From NCBI GenBank assembly GCA_973895155.1, contig OZ316893.1, positions 9,925,660-9,989,659 on the forward strand: DNA of 64,000 bases, written 5' to 3'. This DNA comes from Marsupella aquatica. Taxonomy: Eukaryota; Plantae; Marchantiophyta. The position numbers and the translations under genes were made by a program. Positions 12,320 through 26,641 of this stretch are shown piece by piece; within the stretch, counting starts at the first letter, position 1; every line of letters begins with the position of its first letter. Below the pieces are notes generated by a model. The model was given only the letters and a program-made list of their open reading frames with translations. It had not been told where the DNA came from and searched no databases.

Positions 12320-15300
12320 TTAAACAAAATTCGCCTGGTCGATTGTTATGACGGTGGGCGTAGAGTGAATGGTCACATAGACGAATCTTATGGACTCTCC
12401 CGGCAACAAAGATTTTTGGTATTCAGGGAAGGTGAAACTGGCGGTGCTTCCGATTTGGCGAAGCCCATAGACAGGTCCTTCAAGAGATCCAAAGGCCAAT
12501 CTGAGGTCCTGCAAGGTGCGGTGACTGCCATTGCTAAGAGTGCCCTGGTATTTGAAGTAGTAGACGTCACCCGCTCTCCACGACGCAACGAAGTGTTGTG
12601 TAACGTGGACAAGAGCTGCTTCATAAGAACTACCTGCAGTTCCACACAATGTCCAATGTTTAGACTCTTGCAAGTACAAAACTGGCCATTCTGTTCGATG
12701 CAGGCTAGCAAAGAAAAATACCGACGACGTCACTGATCTGCCAAAGTGAGGAGAACTCGAAATGTGGAACTAAAAAAAACTGCGGGATGCGGGCGAAATT
12801 CGCACTGAGCTAATTTAGAAACAGATTGCATTTGTAGGATAAGTTTTGTGATCCGTTCACTTATCACGACATTGGTGGGTCTTTCGAACTACTGCCGTAC
12901 CACCTTCAACTTCAGCGTGACAGAGAAAATTAAGAGAGAAGGCATCTTAATGACGAGTGCCACCCTGATTCGGTGTCGAAAGGAATGTAACTCTCCTCAA
13001 AAATCCGGAAACTACAAACCTCTACAAAACTCGACTTCATATGCCATCTGAGATAGACCGACTGACGGATGAACACATAGGCGAGGACTCTGTTTCCGAC
13101 TTAACAGAGTAGAAACGACCGATTTGTCTACGAAACGAAGTTTAAATTCAAAAACTGAAGAGAACTCCAGAGGTAACTCATAGCGTTTTTTATTGAGGGT
13201 TATGTTTCAGGTATTGGCTAAAGCTCACGGTCGTGGGAGTCACGAGTAAGTTTTCGAGTTGGAAAGTGGTCATGCTTAGTACATGTTGCCAGTCTAAACA
13301 ATGTCATCTCTAGGATGAATCCTGGTGTGCAGGCCAGTATCAGAATAGAGATTATTAGATTCCAGAATTGATTTCCCAACCATTATTCAGACACCAAGAA
13401 CTTCTGTGGATTAAAGGCAACTAATATCGGGGGGAAATTTTTTGCCGTGGTACTCCAGAATTCCATCCATCAGGATCTGTTTGGCGGAGGCTGAAGGTTT
13501 TTTTTCACACTTGCGCGACGAGGCTTCCCACAAGAACTGGCCAAAGAGGACACACGTTTGTGAATGGGAAGGAAGGCGCGAACATACACAACACAGGAGT
13601 GCATGAGTCTTAGTTCTAAATGTGCCATGACAGAGTAGAAAGGGACCCAAGAACAGAAATGAAAGACTCATATTCGTAGACAATGGACACAAAGCACTTA
13701 CCAGAGTAGGAGACAGTCGATGGATATGCACCGCTAGCCAAGCGTGCGAGCAAGCCCACCAAAGGGGCGTTGTTGTAGACACACGCCTCGCTCCCCATCC
13801 AGTTGGTGCGACTGTCCTGGTAGTTGTCATTCTGGTCAGGCCCTCCCACAACAGCTCCGACTAGGACGTTGGGGTTCGGATTCGGGCTGCTGTACCAAGT
13901 CGAGTACCCCGTCAGACACTGCTCCTGTGCGTTGCTCACATAGATGGAAGGCATGGAAGCTCCGCGATGGTGGACGAACCTTGGATAGTTCTGCCCGTAT
14001 CCTACCATGTAACTTTCTCCTCTTGGGTTATTTCCCAATATGTAGTCAGCCTGCACGCAACAGGAAAGAAGAGGCATTGAGGACTTGAAACGAATTTAAA
14101 TACTTTGGTCAAGCGTAATTGAGTAAAAGAATCGAACTAACACTGGAATGGGACCATTATGTGCGACTTTTCACTGCCTGCAGAAAAAGGGATCTGTACA
14201 CATGGACAAACTGATGAAAACTAGGAATACATGGAGGCTCTGTTCCAAATACCTGTGACTGTCCTAAGTTGAGGAGCTCGCTGGGTTGCACCAGATTCCC
14301 TGAGCAATAGAGCTGCCCATTGTGCGCATTCAAAAGGTCTGCATAGTAAGTGTCCAGGAACGCGGCCGAGGTCACAAACTGCATGTTGTTCCACGTCTGT
14401 GTGAACAACATGCCCCCTGGTGACCGTGCGACGTTTGGCCCACTGTTCTTGCCGAGAGTGCTGCACACGAAGAAATCTGCTTGTTTCTTGTAGGCCTCAA
14501 GCGTGCTCGTGTATGCCCCTCCTCGACCCTCCAACAAAATTTTCGTGACCAAAATTTGTACACCGACATACTTGACATCCCACCCGAACTCAGTGATCCC
14601 CCATCCGACACCTCCCAGCGTCTGGCCGTTGTCACTTACATATTGGAGGTAGAACTCGTCATTAGTGGCTTCGAAGAGCCACACTGCAGCCCAGAGCAGC
14701 TCATCGTCGTAACCACTGGGCCCGGATGGATAATACTTCTTGACTAAAGGAATGGAAGCATCATAATGTCCCCTATAAGTGTCAGCAAAGGTGAAAAGCT
14801 GCTTCGCATGAGTGAGCAAAGTCGACGAATACGAAGGATCCGATCTGCTAAACGCAATGGATGCAGCCGCCATAGCTGCAGCCGTCTCCCCAGCAACCTC
14901 GGAACCAGGGTTGTTGGCGTCAACCTTGAAAGCTTGACGAGATGTCGTCATGTCCTCGGGTCGTTCCCAGCAGAAATGATCTGTATCACCGTCTCCGACC
15001 TCCGCCCAGAGCACATTGGGTTCTGGATGTGCCTTGATGAAGTAGTCAGTGCCCCACCTGATTGAATCCAGAGCAGTGCTGAGCTGCCCTTGTGCTCGCA
15101 GCTGCCCTTGATACGCAATGACGCTCCACGACAATGTCGTGATTGTGAAAGCCATGGGCAGCCCGAACTTGACGTTGTCTCCAGCATCATAGTATCCTCC
15201 CGTGAGGTCGATCTGTTACGTATATATTACGACAATCTATCAGTTTAACGAGCCCATCACATCCTTCCAAGATCAATCAATTCTGACTTTAAAAGAGCCA

Positions 15301-16208
15301 AAGAAAGTTCTCTCAATATTACATCCAGAAATCTGCTTTGCAAGCCCAGTACAACGTGTCAAATGTAGGCCATAATGTCCGTCATGAATCTGTGCATGCA
15401 TCAGGTTGCGCATTCCCAAATATGTCGACGAAAGTCAAAAGTAGAACGAAAAGCGCATCATGTTCCCGAAAATTCTATGTTTTGAATGACACTTTCGAGT
15501 GTCGATCGAGTGTATGTTAATGTATATATATATATATATATATATTATGGAGAACACACATTGCACTGAGAGAAAATCATCGTCACTAGCTGCAATGTAC
15601 ATCGTCCAGCTCAGAGAACAACTCCGCGTTCATGGACTCGTTAGTTATTTCCCGTTGGTATCATGTTGATCCCCGAAGAGACCTACTCCAGATTCTTCGA
15701 AACAAATTACCAATATTTCACCGCCATGATACAGCAAATTCTAGCACTAGCTGTCATTCACATCACGTATGCAGCGAAATAACAGAAGGTGGCATGAACA
15801 ATCACGCAGAAGAACTCGGGTAATTAATCGTCAGTCACGAATTCTAATTGGATTGTCCCGAAAGTGCAATCCAACGAATGCAACATACTAACACATATAT
15901 ACTGACATAACGTATGATCGATCGAGTGAGGAACGAAAAGCTCATGATGCACGTACTCCTTGGCTCTTGCCATCGTGAAGACCGGAATCGGCACGCCAGC
16001 TGAGCCGGTTGTTTGCAGGTAGATAACCTGACCGTTGGGCTTGGAAGAAGTGGAAACTCAACCCCAACGCTTGCCCGTAATCATAACTGGTGGCTCTCAC
16101 CACTCCCACCAGCGAGCTGACACTGAGAAGAAGTAAAATTGTGGAGCTTGCAGGTACAGACATCCTTGACCTCATCTGACTGCGAGCTCCGTCTCTAGAG
16201 GTTTCCAT
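12320..16208 (-). CDS. Secreted glycoside hydrolase family 9 endo-1,4-beta-glucanase with C-terminal CBM49 (class GH9C), 4 exons
   Basis: Predicted exons 16208-15957, 15212-14253, 14050-13702 and 12690-12320 (alternative acceptor 12732), all GT-AG and in phase. Has a signal peptide (ILLLLSVSSLVGVVRA) and the motifs FFQAQRSG, WRADSGLHDG, DLTGGYYDAGDNVKFGLPMA, HHRGAS and GGPD...SEACVYNNAPLVG. The CBM49-like tail reads TQHFVASWRAGDVYYFKY...YGL...FTFPEYQKSLLPGESIRFVYV. The start could be a later Met (e.g. MSVPASS). Confidence 0.92.
15523..15545. repeat. (TA)n microsatellite in GH9 intron 1
   Basis: Direct reading of the TATATA run. Confidence 0.9.
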
Positions 16209-19200
16209 AGTGGTGGCACGTAATTCACCACCGGATCGATCTAGCTGAGGAAAAACGCAGACTGAGGCAAGAATTGAACGCTCGATCTAAGTTGTGATAT
16301 GCATTGCGCTCTCTCACTCTAGAACCTTCGGTTTGGGATCTGCGCCACGGAACCAGATCCTTATGCATGCACATGCACGGCGAACTGCTTGAGGGGAGGC
16401 TGGAGTACGTCGGGAGGGACGCTGAGCTGCAGTATAACAAAGGTCGATCATCGATCGGAGCCAAGCAGTCAGTCCCAGAAATCGTGGCAACTCAAATTAG
16501 ATTACAAAATTGGACTGTTCAACAATTTAAAAATTTCGAGATTCTCCGAGCCGGGCGGGCGGGCCCAGTGAAAGCCCCCGATTTTTTTCAATGATCGATA
16601 TTAGGGGCGCCAAATTTAGTCCCCTCCACTTCTGGGTTATGGGCCTGACAAAGACGACTTACGGACTTATGCCCTTGGTCAGGATCTACAACAGGGCCTT
16701 TGTGCAGCAAAAAGCACCACGAAGACGCCTAAGACGAAACAATTGCGACCTTTAGCAGTAGAGGACAAATAGTGTATCTAAAACCTCCCCTCCGCCGACC
16801 GAAGCGCCCCCCACGATAGTTAATGAATGTCCTATTTTTTATGCGTACTTTCGCTTTGACCAGAAACGACTTAGCGCGCAGCCAATCTCCCGGCGTACTT
16901 TCCTCTCGTCCTGGGTTCTTGGTCCACTACTCCACTTGGTTCCACCGCTTCATCACTCTCTTTCGTGGTGAGAGCTCAGCTGGTCCGCTACACAAATGTT
17001 CACACTATTCTCTTCCATGCGTAAATTGCGGGAGCGCCGGGCCGGATGTGATCTACTGTTCTTCCTCTGGCACACTAGGTCGGAGTACACCACGAAGCCT
17101 ACGACTGATAGTTTTGTGGTGATCGAAATGGGGGGCCACTAAATTCGTGCGGGAAGCAATCATACTCGCTCACACCCATCCGATGAACACTGCTCCATCC
17201 TTCAGGAAGAAGAGCGCCGGTGTAAATAATCTAAAAGATTCTCGCGAGTTGCATGACGTCGTTGCTTTTCCATTGTCTTCGACAACGTGAGTCAGCGGAG
17301 TTTTGTTATTACAACCGGCCCCTCAGGCTATTGATGCTAAATACAGTCGCACCGCAATTCGCATCTTGCTTCGCAGATCATGGACTTGTTCTTCCCGTAT
17401 GCAATGCGCCAAGACTGCAGTAAGGCGTTCACAATTTGGAATGGGATGATAGACTGTAGCTGCATTATTATGCGAAGATCATGAGTTTAGGAGGGAAAAC
17501 TGGGACGCCAACGTTTCAGAATCCCGTCCCTTCCTCAGACACCACATTCCCGTGCCTTCCACGCCATGTAGAGTCCGTGGTCCAGCTCTATGTCAATCGG
17601 CATCGTAGAATTCAGAACAGTCTCGACTCTCGAACAATTCCTCCTCTGTCAAACTAGTGTCTGGAAAGCCCGAACATGCGGGGTAACGTGTCCAGCAGCT
17701 AGCGTACCGGTATATCCAGTCGCTCTGTCTCCAATGCAGTACCGATTTTCTATCAGTAAGTTGCCTCAGAAGTCTAAGGTATGCCGTATCGTGCTACCCT
17801 TTTTCCAGTAGGTAGGTCAATCTCAGGTCCCTGAAATTGCTATCATTGAAACAGTAGCTTTATTATGTCAACGTTAACGACACCTGGTTCCCTCGATGCC
17901 CCCAGCTAAGAACCCATTACTTGTCAACTCCTTCCCAATACAAGAATGAACTAGTTAGTCCTGTACTGAGCGTTTTTTAGTCTGATTCGTTCGATCTATG
18001 ATTCATCTGAGCCGTTTTAGTAAATAATAGAAATCGAGCCTGCGGATGATGGCCATCATTTTGTGTGATGTTTCTTGAATTGATCGGGTACGGTTACTTT
18101 GAAGAAGAATTAATCGCAAAAATATCTCGATCCTTGTTAAACAATGCAAAGTCTGAAACGGTATTATAACGTGCAGTTCGATAACCTGGTTCAAGAGACG
18201 GAGAAAGTCTCTGGCTTGCAAACTAATGATGCGAAACTATTCCACGGGATTGAGAGCACCATTCTAACAGGACAACGTCGAGGGCCCCTTACACAATTCC
18301 CTACGTTCGAAACACCAATTGTGTTTTTCACCGAAGCTTAATATTTCTCCTCCTGTTCCAAATGTAGCCAGCAGCAATTGTAACGAATCATCTCCCCTTC
18401 CCAATCGTGAGCTCAGAGGGGGAACCGATCTATTATTACAGACAGACAGGAAAGTTCAAGCTTTCACGGACATCCTGACCTCACCGAGAACAACTGATCT
18501 ATTACAGAAATGGAATCTGAACCTCTGCTCCAAAGAACATTGGTGAATGCAATTTGCGCCGCCATCAATTACACGACAAGTAACAGTAGTAATCATTTAG
18601 ATGGGACTTGCAACTGTTGAGTCGGTCTTTTTAATCAACCAAGCCACACTCAGTCGGAAGGGAATGAAATCAATGAATGATTAGGGCCGGAATGATGCAT
18701 CCATGTGAAGACTTGGCGAACTCAAGGGATGACGATGACAGGCTCTAAAGTTGTCGCTACCACACCCACTATTACGAATCACTTATCATACCCGTAGACC
18801 CGGCCCATCCTTCTCATGATTGGGTAGCAACGACATTCTTAGGCCGCAAGCTTCTCTTGTCGTCCAGTCACGGGTCTTGACATCTCTATTCTCTCCTGAC
18901 GAGATTATATATCAAACTAGAAGAGCCGAAATCTCCAAAATTGAGATTTTATTATTTTGCCACGAATACGAGCAAATTGGCTGGAAAATGCAATGCCGTG
19001 AGTTTTTGTGTTCTAGATAAATTTCTAATAAGTAAAAACCAGAAAACTAGAAAAACTGACAAACTTGCCACCATTCCCTATTTTAGTGTCACCGAAACTA
19101 AGCAGAGCTTCTTTTGGCGAAAACTGTCCTCAATAGATGAAAATCATGACATGAAGCTCACTAGTTTTTTCATGGCAAAGTACTATTAAAATTCCAAATC

Positions 19201-19996
19201 TCCAAAAAACGTGGCCATGTAAGCTGACCCGGTACAAATCTTCTAACTCTTTTAGGAACTTGGATAGGTTTTGTTATCTTCAATTCCACTACCCAGTTTC
19301 ACACCCCACTACGGTAGCCAAAATCTATCGGTTATCCTCAAATCCAATGTAAGGAGATCTAAAGGTCAAAAGTTAATCTCACAGAAATTGATAAGTAATA
19401 TTCTGAGCATTGTCTCATCTAACATGACATTCTCAGGTGAAAAAGAAGAAACCTTAAAGCGCCACTGTCAGAAGAAACCTTAAAGCGCCACTGTCCATGA
19501 CCATAATACTTTAGTGATTTTTTTCTTTGCATTTTTGAGTACATTAATTTCACATACAGACTCCTTTCTTTTGAAGAGGGTATTATGTGAAATATCACAA
19601 AAATAGGATAACTTGTATCAAATCATAAGATTTATTTTAAACTTCTTTCTTGCTTTTGGCCAATTGCAGGCCCTTGCACTTGGATTGTCTATTCAGAGAT
19701 TTTTTTTTTTGGTTTGTTATCAAAAAATCACTCAAGTTTTTATGCACATTAATGTTTAATTACAGGCATTATGAGAATAACTCCCTCAAACCCTGGCCTG
19801 CTACCCTCCTTTTTCAGGGCATTATATCTCATAATGCCCTCTAACCAGGACATTATTCTATTCAAAACCTAGATCCACTAGGTTTCACCATTTTTAGACT
19901 TTTTTTAACTGAAAGTGTGGAACAAATTCTCACCCTAGAAATGAAAAAGTGAAAGGTATTGGACACTTCTCCTTTCATATTTAGATATGGACATTA

Positions 19997-20532
19997 GGGG
20001 CACTTTACAAGACGTCAGGGGCCGTTCGCTTCCTTTTCTACCAAAGCTGAGCCAGCAGCAGTTTCACATGCTAAAAACAGTATACCGGGGCTAATAGAGA
20101 ATTTAGAAGACTTTTATTGCCCCCGACGTCTTGTAAAGGGAACTCTGGCCAGTGTAGCTAGAATCATTGACTAGAAGACAAACTTGGGACCCACTCCACC
20201 TGAATCTTTGGCTAATGCTGGCTAATCTTTGGCTAATGCTGGTTCCTGTGGGTCCGCATTTATTGAAAACTGCCCATAATAGGAATGGACCAAGCGGCCG
20301 GATGAAGGGACCTCCAACGGAGGTGGTCTAAAATTCTGGACAAAAAAGAGCTCCACGTCGGCAAAAGTTGGGCCCCACTGAAGTCCATGTAGGATCGGCA
20401 GAATCAATGAGCAAAACTGCCCCCACGTTTTCTAAAGTGAACTCCAGCACTATCTCCCCAATGGATGGCCCGGATTGGATCTTGGATGTCAAAAAAGTGA
20501 AGGAACTGCCCCCACGTCTTGTAAAGCCACCC
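19997..20532. mobile_element. PIF/Harbinger (Tourist-like) MITE, ~536 bp
   Basis: Imperfect TIRs GGGGCACTTTACAAGACGT / GGGTGGCTTTACAAGACGT (reverse complement of the right end). TTA flanks both sides (19994-19996 and 20533-20535). No coding capacity. Confidence 0.75.
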
Positions 20533-22415
20533 TTATATGGACAGTGGTGGTTTAAAATAAACAACTAAAGCTACTTTGAAACCTTACCATCGCCGTCCAG
20601 TACACCTCTTCCTCCTGCGAAGCTTGTCCAAGTGCGATGGTACGATTCCATGTCCCCAAGTAAGAGTTATGCATTTATGAGGGGCCTGCATGGTATCGAC
20701 GGCTGGTGTTGTGGGAATGTCCCAAGGGGTCAATCCACGCCGTAAGTGCTGTCCCTGCGAATCGATTGAGGGATTGGGGGAGTGGGACCTTCCCACTGAA
20801 CGACAGCCCCCGTTGTGCCGGAGAGTGCATTGGGCCTTTGTTTATTATTTACCCTCGTCAATCATTCGTCGCAAGGCTAACTTCTTGGTGGAACTTTTGA
20901 GTAGTCATGTCGTTTTCTAGCTCTAAATAAATCTGCCAAATTGGGCCCCACTCACACCGGGGTGCCCCCACTGGTGATGTTCACCTCACTTTTGATTAAT
21001 GTTTATTGAACCTTTCAAGACAAAACATAAATGAGATCGAGGGTCAGAGTTCTTCTGTGCAATAATTGAAAGATCTGCATAGTCACGAGAGATTTGCTTG
21101 ATGGGACCCCCAAAAATAAAACGTGTTATTTAATTTTATTTAATAGTACTTAAATAACCCAGAGTGATCCATACTGTTGATTGACCTTAAATTTAAGCAC
21201 CCAATTTATTTATCAAGCATCAAGCAAATTCCTTGCACAGTCACCATCACATTTGAATTTAGATTATGTTTTGTTTTCAATGCAATTTTATTTGACAGTA
21301 GAGATGCCCTAACCTGAAAGGCTGGTAAAGTTCCTGAGTAAACCCCTAGAAAGTTGGAATTTGTCTAGAGTCCCTACAACCAATAAGCTTGGCTCTATGA
21401 AAAACAGTGAAGCATGAGCCAATCCCTAGAACTATGTAATGTGTCAAGAGGCCCTAAAATCAAAAGCTTATTGGCTGCCTGAACTAACCCCTAGAAAGGT
21501 GGAATTTGTCTAGTGGCCCTATATCCAATAGTCTTTGTCCTTAGGAGAGTGAAGAATGCAGGAACCCTCTCTAGTGTCATAAACTATCACTATCTAAGAA
21601 GGCAGTAAGACAAGTAATGCCATAAAAGCTACCTTGGGTGGCCAATACAAGCAAGGTCTGGGACCTCCTTGTCAATTGCCGACTATGCTTGTTTCATACT
21701 TGATAAACACAAAAGAAAAACCTAGTGACACTGTTCACTGTATTAGTGTTATTCACTAATCAGAGAGCACACATCTTCGGGCTCTACCAATTGATTAGTG
21801 TCACTCACACTAATTCTGTTATAACACTGATTAATTTTGCATGCATGAATTCATGTTATTGTAGTCTCAAGAGTCAGTGGAAAAATAGAGGGAAAACAAC
21901 TACTTTGAATAATCCAAAAGAAGTATGGTTACTTTGGACTCAAGATATATCACTCCTGGGGGATCACTCATTTTTTACTGGCAATTTAAACAAAAGTGGG
22001 GAAAAGGCATTCTGATAAGCTAGAAAATTTAGTGTTAATTTGTACTCAAGATCACTTTTACCAAAATTAGTGTTAGTACCACTCATTTTTTAGCAATGCT
22101 AATTCTTAAAGAATTTAGAATCAGTGATACTCTTGCGTAACAAGAATGGAGGGCATCTCTCTTGCAAACACAAGATCAATCCTTTCATTGCATGTATGAA
22201 ACCAAGAATGATCTAGCACTCAGTTACTACTAGACTACCCACCAGACTACATTGCCATTCTGGCCTGGAGACACCCCATGCACCGCCATGTTGATCAAGT
22301 GATTAAATGCACATGCGGGGGCACCCATCTGCACATATAGCATGTTCATCCTGGAATATACATGCCTCTTTTTTTTGTCTTGTACTGATATGTAATTCAT
22401 TTATGATAAAAGAAG

Positions 22416-22532
22416 TAAGTACATGTAAGGAATATACCAAGAAGAGTGAGTGACATAACACACAAAACCATAAGTACATGTAAGGAATATACCAAGAAGA
22501 GTGAGTGACATAACACACAAAACCATAAGTAC
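22416..22532. repeat. 55-bp tandem duplication
   Basis: TAAGTACATGTAAGGAATATACCAAGAAGAGTGAGTGACATAACACACAAAACCA at 22416 and 22471. Confidence 0.9.
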
Positions 22533-23740
22533 ACATGCAAAGAAAAGCACATTATGATCAAGAAAGTACCAAGGTACTAAAGAGTTGTGCACATATAGTA
22601 TAAATTTACATTGGCTTCTAGGTAATGACAATAAACTCAATTAAAAACATAACTTTTGTAAAGGAACTCACAAGGGGAACTTAGTACACCAAATGTGCAC
22701 ATTGTTCAAATTCATTGCTCTCACCCTCATGAGAAAAAACAAATTCACTAAGGAGTGATTCAAAATGAAAGATTAAACATTTATGAGGGGAGCCAAATAC
22801 ATTCAAAATATTCTAAGTTCACTAAAATTTAAAGGGGTCCAAAAGTTAATTCAAAATCACTTAATACAAGTAATTCACCTTGTTAGGGCACATTAAAATC
22901 AAAATACTGGAAGACAAAATCTGAAACCTGGACTCACCATTATAGCAACTTCACAATATACCTACTGATAGCTTGATAGTAATTTTGAAATTTCAGATGA
23001 ATGCATTCCTGAATCAGAGGAACGCTTGGATAGAAGACTAAAGAGTATACTGGCTGTGAATTTGTCTAGTTACCCTATAACCAATAGTCTCTTACAACAG
23101 TTTGCCACTTTGCTCCAGCTAGCAAAATTTTCATTGCAGCACACCAGTGTCTTCAATGCTCAACTTGAGAAGATGAGCTACAAGAAAGCATAAGCCTGGC
23201 TTAATTATGTACCTTCTAAGCCATGTTTCTTAATACATAGTACCTCCTCTAGCTCAAACACACCAATATATCATGCATGCCCTGAGGAAGGGGTGAGTGA
23301 CCACTCTCACTATTTAACCAATGAGGATGGAGGAGTAGCACTTATACATCTGAGGATAACCTTGGCTGATGGATGAAGGAGTGACCATAGTCACCAACCA
23401 ATGAAGATGACAGAGGAGCGCACAAGGGATAGACTTCTAAGCCATGTCTAAGCATTATGACAGAGGCATTTGATAGAATCTAGCAAGCAACATAACACTG
23501 CAGTCATAACTTGGTTTGCAATCAGAGGTCTCTAAAGTTTGTTTTCACTTGCTTCCAGACTATAACAGACCGTACCATCAAAACATTTCCCCATCTAGAA
23601 AGTTTCCTCTGTTGTGTTTTAGGTGTCTGGCCAAAACATGTGCTAGCTGCCAATTGCAATAGAAAACACTTTTTCTGAGACAATTTGCCTCATATAAAGT
23701 TTTCTAAGTTATCATGGCTAGAACTCAATGTACTCCTCGG

Positions 23741-24036
23741 CTCGAGGGTTTCACTTTCACAAAAATGACATATTATGTGCGACAAAGGATAGGGTCATTT
23801 TATTGGTTGAAAAATGAAGACTTAAAATTTTTCTTAGAAGAACAATTATGGGTCTTTTAGAATCCAATTTTGTGAACTTATAAGAACATTAGGGCCCTTC
23901 TAGCCAAATTTTTGGAATATTCCAAGAATATTCCAACTTTATAGGGATCGGAAAATAAATTTTCTTACATTTTAGGGGGTCTGAGGCCTAAACCGTCGCA
24001 GGTGATGAGAAGGCCTCCATATAGTGAGACCCCCAG
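23741..24036 (+). mobile_element. ~300-bp MITE with CTCGGGGG-type TIRs, copy 1
   Basis: Starts CTCGAGGGTTTCACT and ends AGTGAGACCCCCAG. The 8-bp flanks CTCCTCGG / CTCCCCGG match at 7/8. The body aligns by eye with 42433-42729. Confidence 0.8.
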
Positions 24037-24535
24037 CTCCCCGGCCAGTGCATAGTTTCCAGTCCACCCTTTTGGAATGTCACGTTTGGCAAATAATTTT
24101 AAAACATAATTATTTGCCCAAACATTGTACACACATATTTGTATGGCGATAAATAATTATAGTAGAAGTATGGCAAATTGCATGCACAACATAAGTAACA
24201 CAATGACGGACCAAACTTCTCGTTTTGCCCGCGGCAGAAAAAGTTTCTAAGGCAAAAAAGTCTTGGATACGGAATTAGTATTCCCCCTAAAAACTAGTTT
24301 TTAGATTTTAAAAAATGGGAAAAATCGACACGAATACGAAGATGGGATGGGATACGGCGTATCCCATTTCGGATCCAACCATGAAATTCCCCCAAAAAAT
24401 AAAACAAATGCAGTAAAAGTGCCGATATTGGTTTACCCGTTAAGAATATTTCCAAACAATTCTTATCAACGGTAACATTTAACCGACTGCGATGCAACTG
24501 CAGTCAAAAACTAACCACGGTCAGGGAGAAAACTA

Positions 24536-24920
24536 TTTTGAGCATAGACGACGATCGCAACGGCAAGCCCATGAACCATCCAACGCACAATAGTCGACAC
24601 AAGAGATACGTGGTTCACCTCCTTGAGGCTACGTCCACGGGAACACACAAGAGAGCTTTACTGAACTCTAAGCCCGTCGGCTATACCGAGTCTCCACAGT
24701 GTAAGCTCTCCTTATCTCTCAAGTGGCTCCATAACAATGAGCCTTGGTTCTACCTCTCCAAGCACACATGCCTTTTATGATATAGTGTGCAACTTAGTTG
24801 TACCTAACCACATAGTTGTACCTAATAACGTAGTTGTACCTAACCACGTAGTTGTACCAACCCACGTTGTTGTACCAACCACGTCATACCTAACCTAGAC
24901 GTAAGAGTAAATACCCAACA
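24536..24920 (-). repeat. 3' LTR of the copia element
   Basis: Direct repeat of 40237-40621, with the plus-strand terminal TG mutated to TT. Contains five 17-18-bp tandem units (TAGTTGTACCTAACCACG-like). Confidence 0.96.
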
Positions 24921-24932
24921 ATCTTCCCCTTG
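24921..24932 (-). promoter_or_regulatory. Polypurine tract
   Basis: Minus strand reads ...AAGGGGAAGAT immediately before the 3' LTR. Confidence 0.85.
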
Positions 24933-25110
24933 ACTCTGGTCTAGGGGAGAGTAATACTGCCAATGTATATGATCCCTCAGCGGGAAGTTCTGGACAAAAA
25001 CCAAACCGGTTTCCCTCTCTAACTAGAGCAAACCAAAACTAAGCCATAGCCTAATACATAGGAATGAGGAAGAGCATATATCAGTAATTACAATGAATGT
25101 TAAGAAAACT

Positions 25111-25996
25111 CTACTTGTGATGCAATTGCAAAACCTGCAATACGTCACGGTGTCTAGAGAAACTCTCCAAAGGAATCACTTTGGTAAATGCGTCAGCCGG
25201 GTTGAGTTTACCATCAATCTTGACTAGCTCAAACAAATTATCAGACACAGCCTGCCTGATAAAATGGTACCTGACGTCAATGTGCTTCACTCTGCTGTCC
25301 ATCACCTGGTTGACAGCAAGGTGGAGCGCACTTTGACTATCACAATGGAACTTCACATTCCCCTGTGGCAATCCCATTTCAGTGATAAATCTATCCAACC
25401 AAATCGCTTCCTTTGCTGCTTCCGCAGCTGCAACATACTCCACTTCTGTAGTAGACTGAGTAATACACTTCTACAAAGTAGACCTCCAACTTATGCATCC
25501 ACCGCCAAGTGTGAACACGTATCCTGTTGTTGATCTCCTTCGGTCCAAATCTTGTCCATAGTCAGAATCAACATAGCCAATCATTGATTTAGCATTCTTT
25601 GCATTCGCATCAAATAAAATACCATGATCCACGGTACCCTTCAAGTACCTGATAATCCACTTCACTGCTTCCCAGTGTACCTTCCCTGGATTCGACATGT
25701 ACCTGCTTACCTTGCCCATAGCCATGGCAAGATCAGGTCTAGTGCAAGTCATCAAATACATGAGACTCCCCACTGCCTTGTCATATGGAACCTTTGACAT
25801 CAACCCCTTCTCTGTGTCATCCGTAGGACAGAACGCTGATGATAACTTGAAGTGTGGAGCCAACGGGGTACTTACTGGCTTGCTATTCCCCATATTGAAC
25901 CTTGCAATTACCTTCCTCGCATAACTGCTCTGCATCAACCATAGCTTGCCAGCCTCCAAGTCCCTAGTGATCTCCATACCCAAAATCCTCTTAGCT
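25111..25996 (-). pseudogene. Copia RT C-terminus and RNase H (3' part)
   Basis: AVGSLMYLMTCTRPD, GYVDSDYGQDLDRRRSTTGY, KHIDVRYHFIR and NPADAFTK, with one in-frame TAG at 25471-25473. Removing the CACTA plus one TSD restores ...MKDLGPAKRILGMEI... Confidence 0.95.
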
Positions 25997-26641
25997 CACT
26001 ACAACACTACCGACCCCTTTTGCGAACCCCGTCCCATCGCAACTAACAAAGGACCAAATTATGAAATTCCGGCGTTTGCAAAACGCTACGCATCGCAACC
26101 CTTTCGCATTCTTTGAAACCCACAGCTTCGCAATCGGACTTTTGCAACCCCTTCGCAACACCTTCGCACACTGCGAAACTTATTTTATCGCACATAAATC
26201 ACATTTATGCGATCTCAACAGACTCTTTATCGGTTTGCGACGCGCTCTGAACTATAACTTATTTGCGAAGCTGTTGTCTTGACAATTCTGTTGCCATTCA
26301 TATGGTATCGCATAACTGCGTCAGTCAGGGTGTCGCACAATTGCGGAACCAAAAGTATCGCAATGTTCCAATACTCAATGTATGGCAAGTTTGCGATAGT
26401 ATGGCGTTCGCATGTGTTTCGCAAGGATAGTTTGAGGGCTGGGTTTTGTATATTTGGGTTCATAATTGGGTTGGGGTCTTATTGCTCCACATGAAGATAC
26501 CAAAGCAAAACTTTATATATGCCAAAAATCCTTGAATGTACAAAAATTAGGGTTTTCTAAAACCCTATGGGGTATCAAATACCAAGACACTGTCCTTTGA
26601 CTAATCCATATGCCATATGGAGTGAACTACATCTGCATCCT

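Noticed and set aside
24538-24780. 80-aa ORF repeated at 40236-40481
   Set aside because: An incidental antisense frame within the LTRs, with a non-ATG start.
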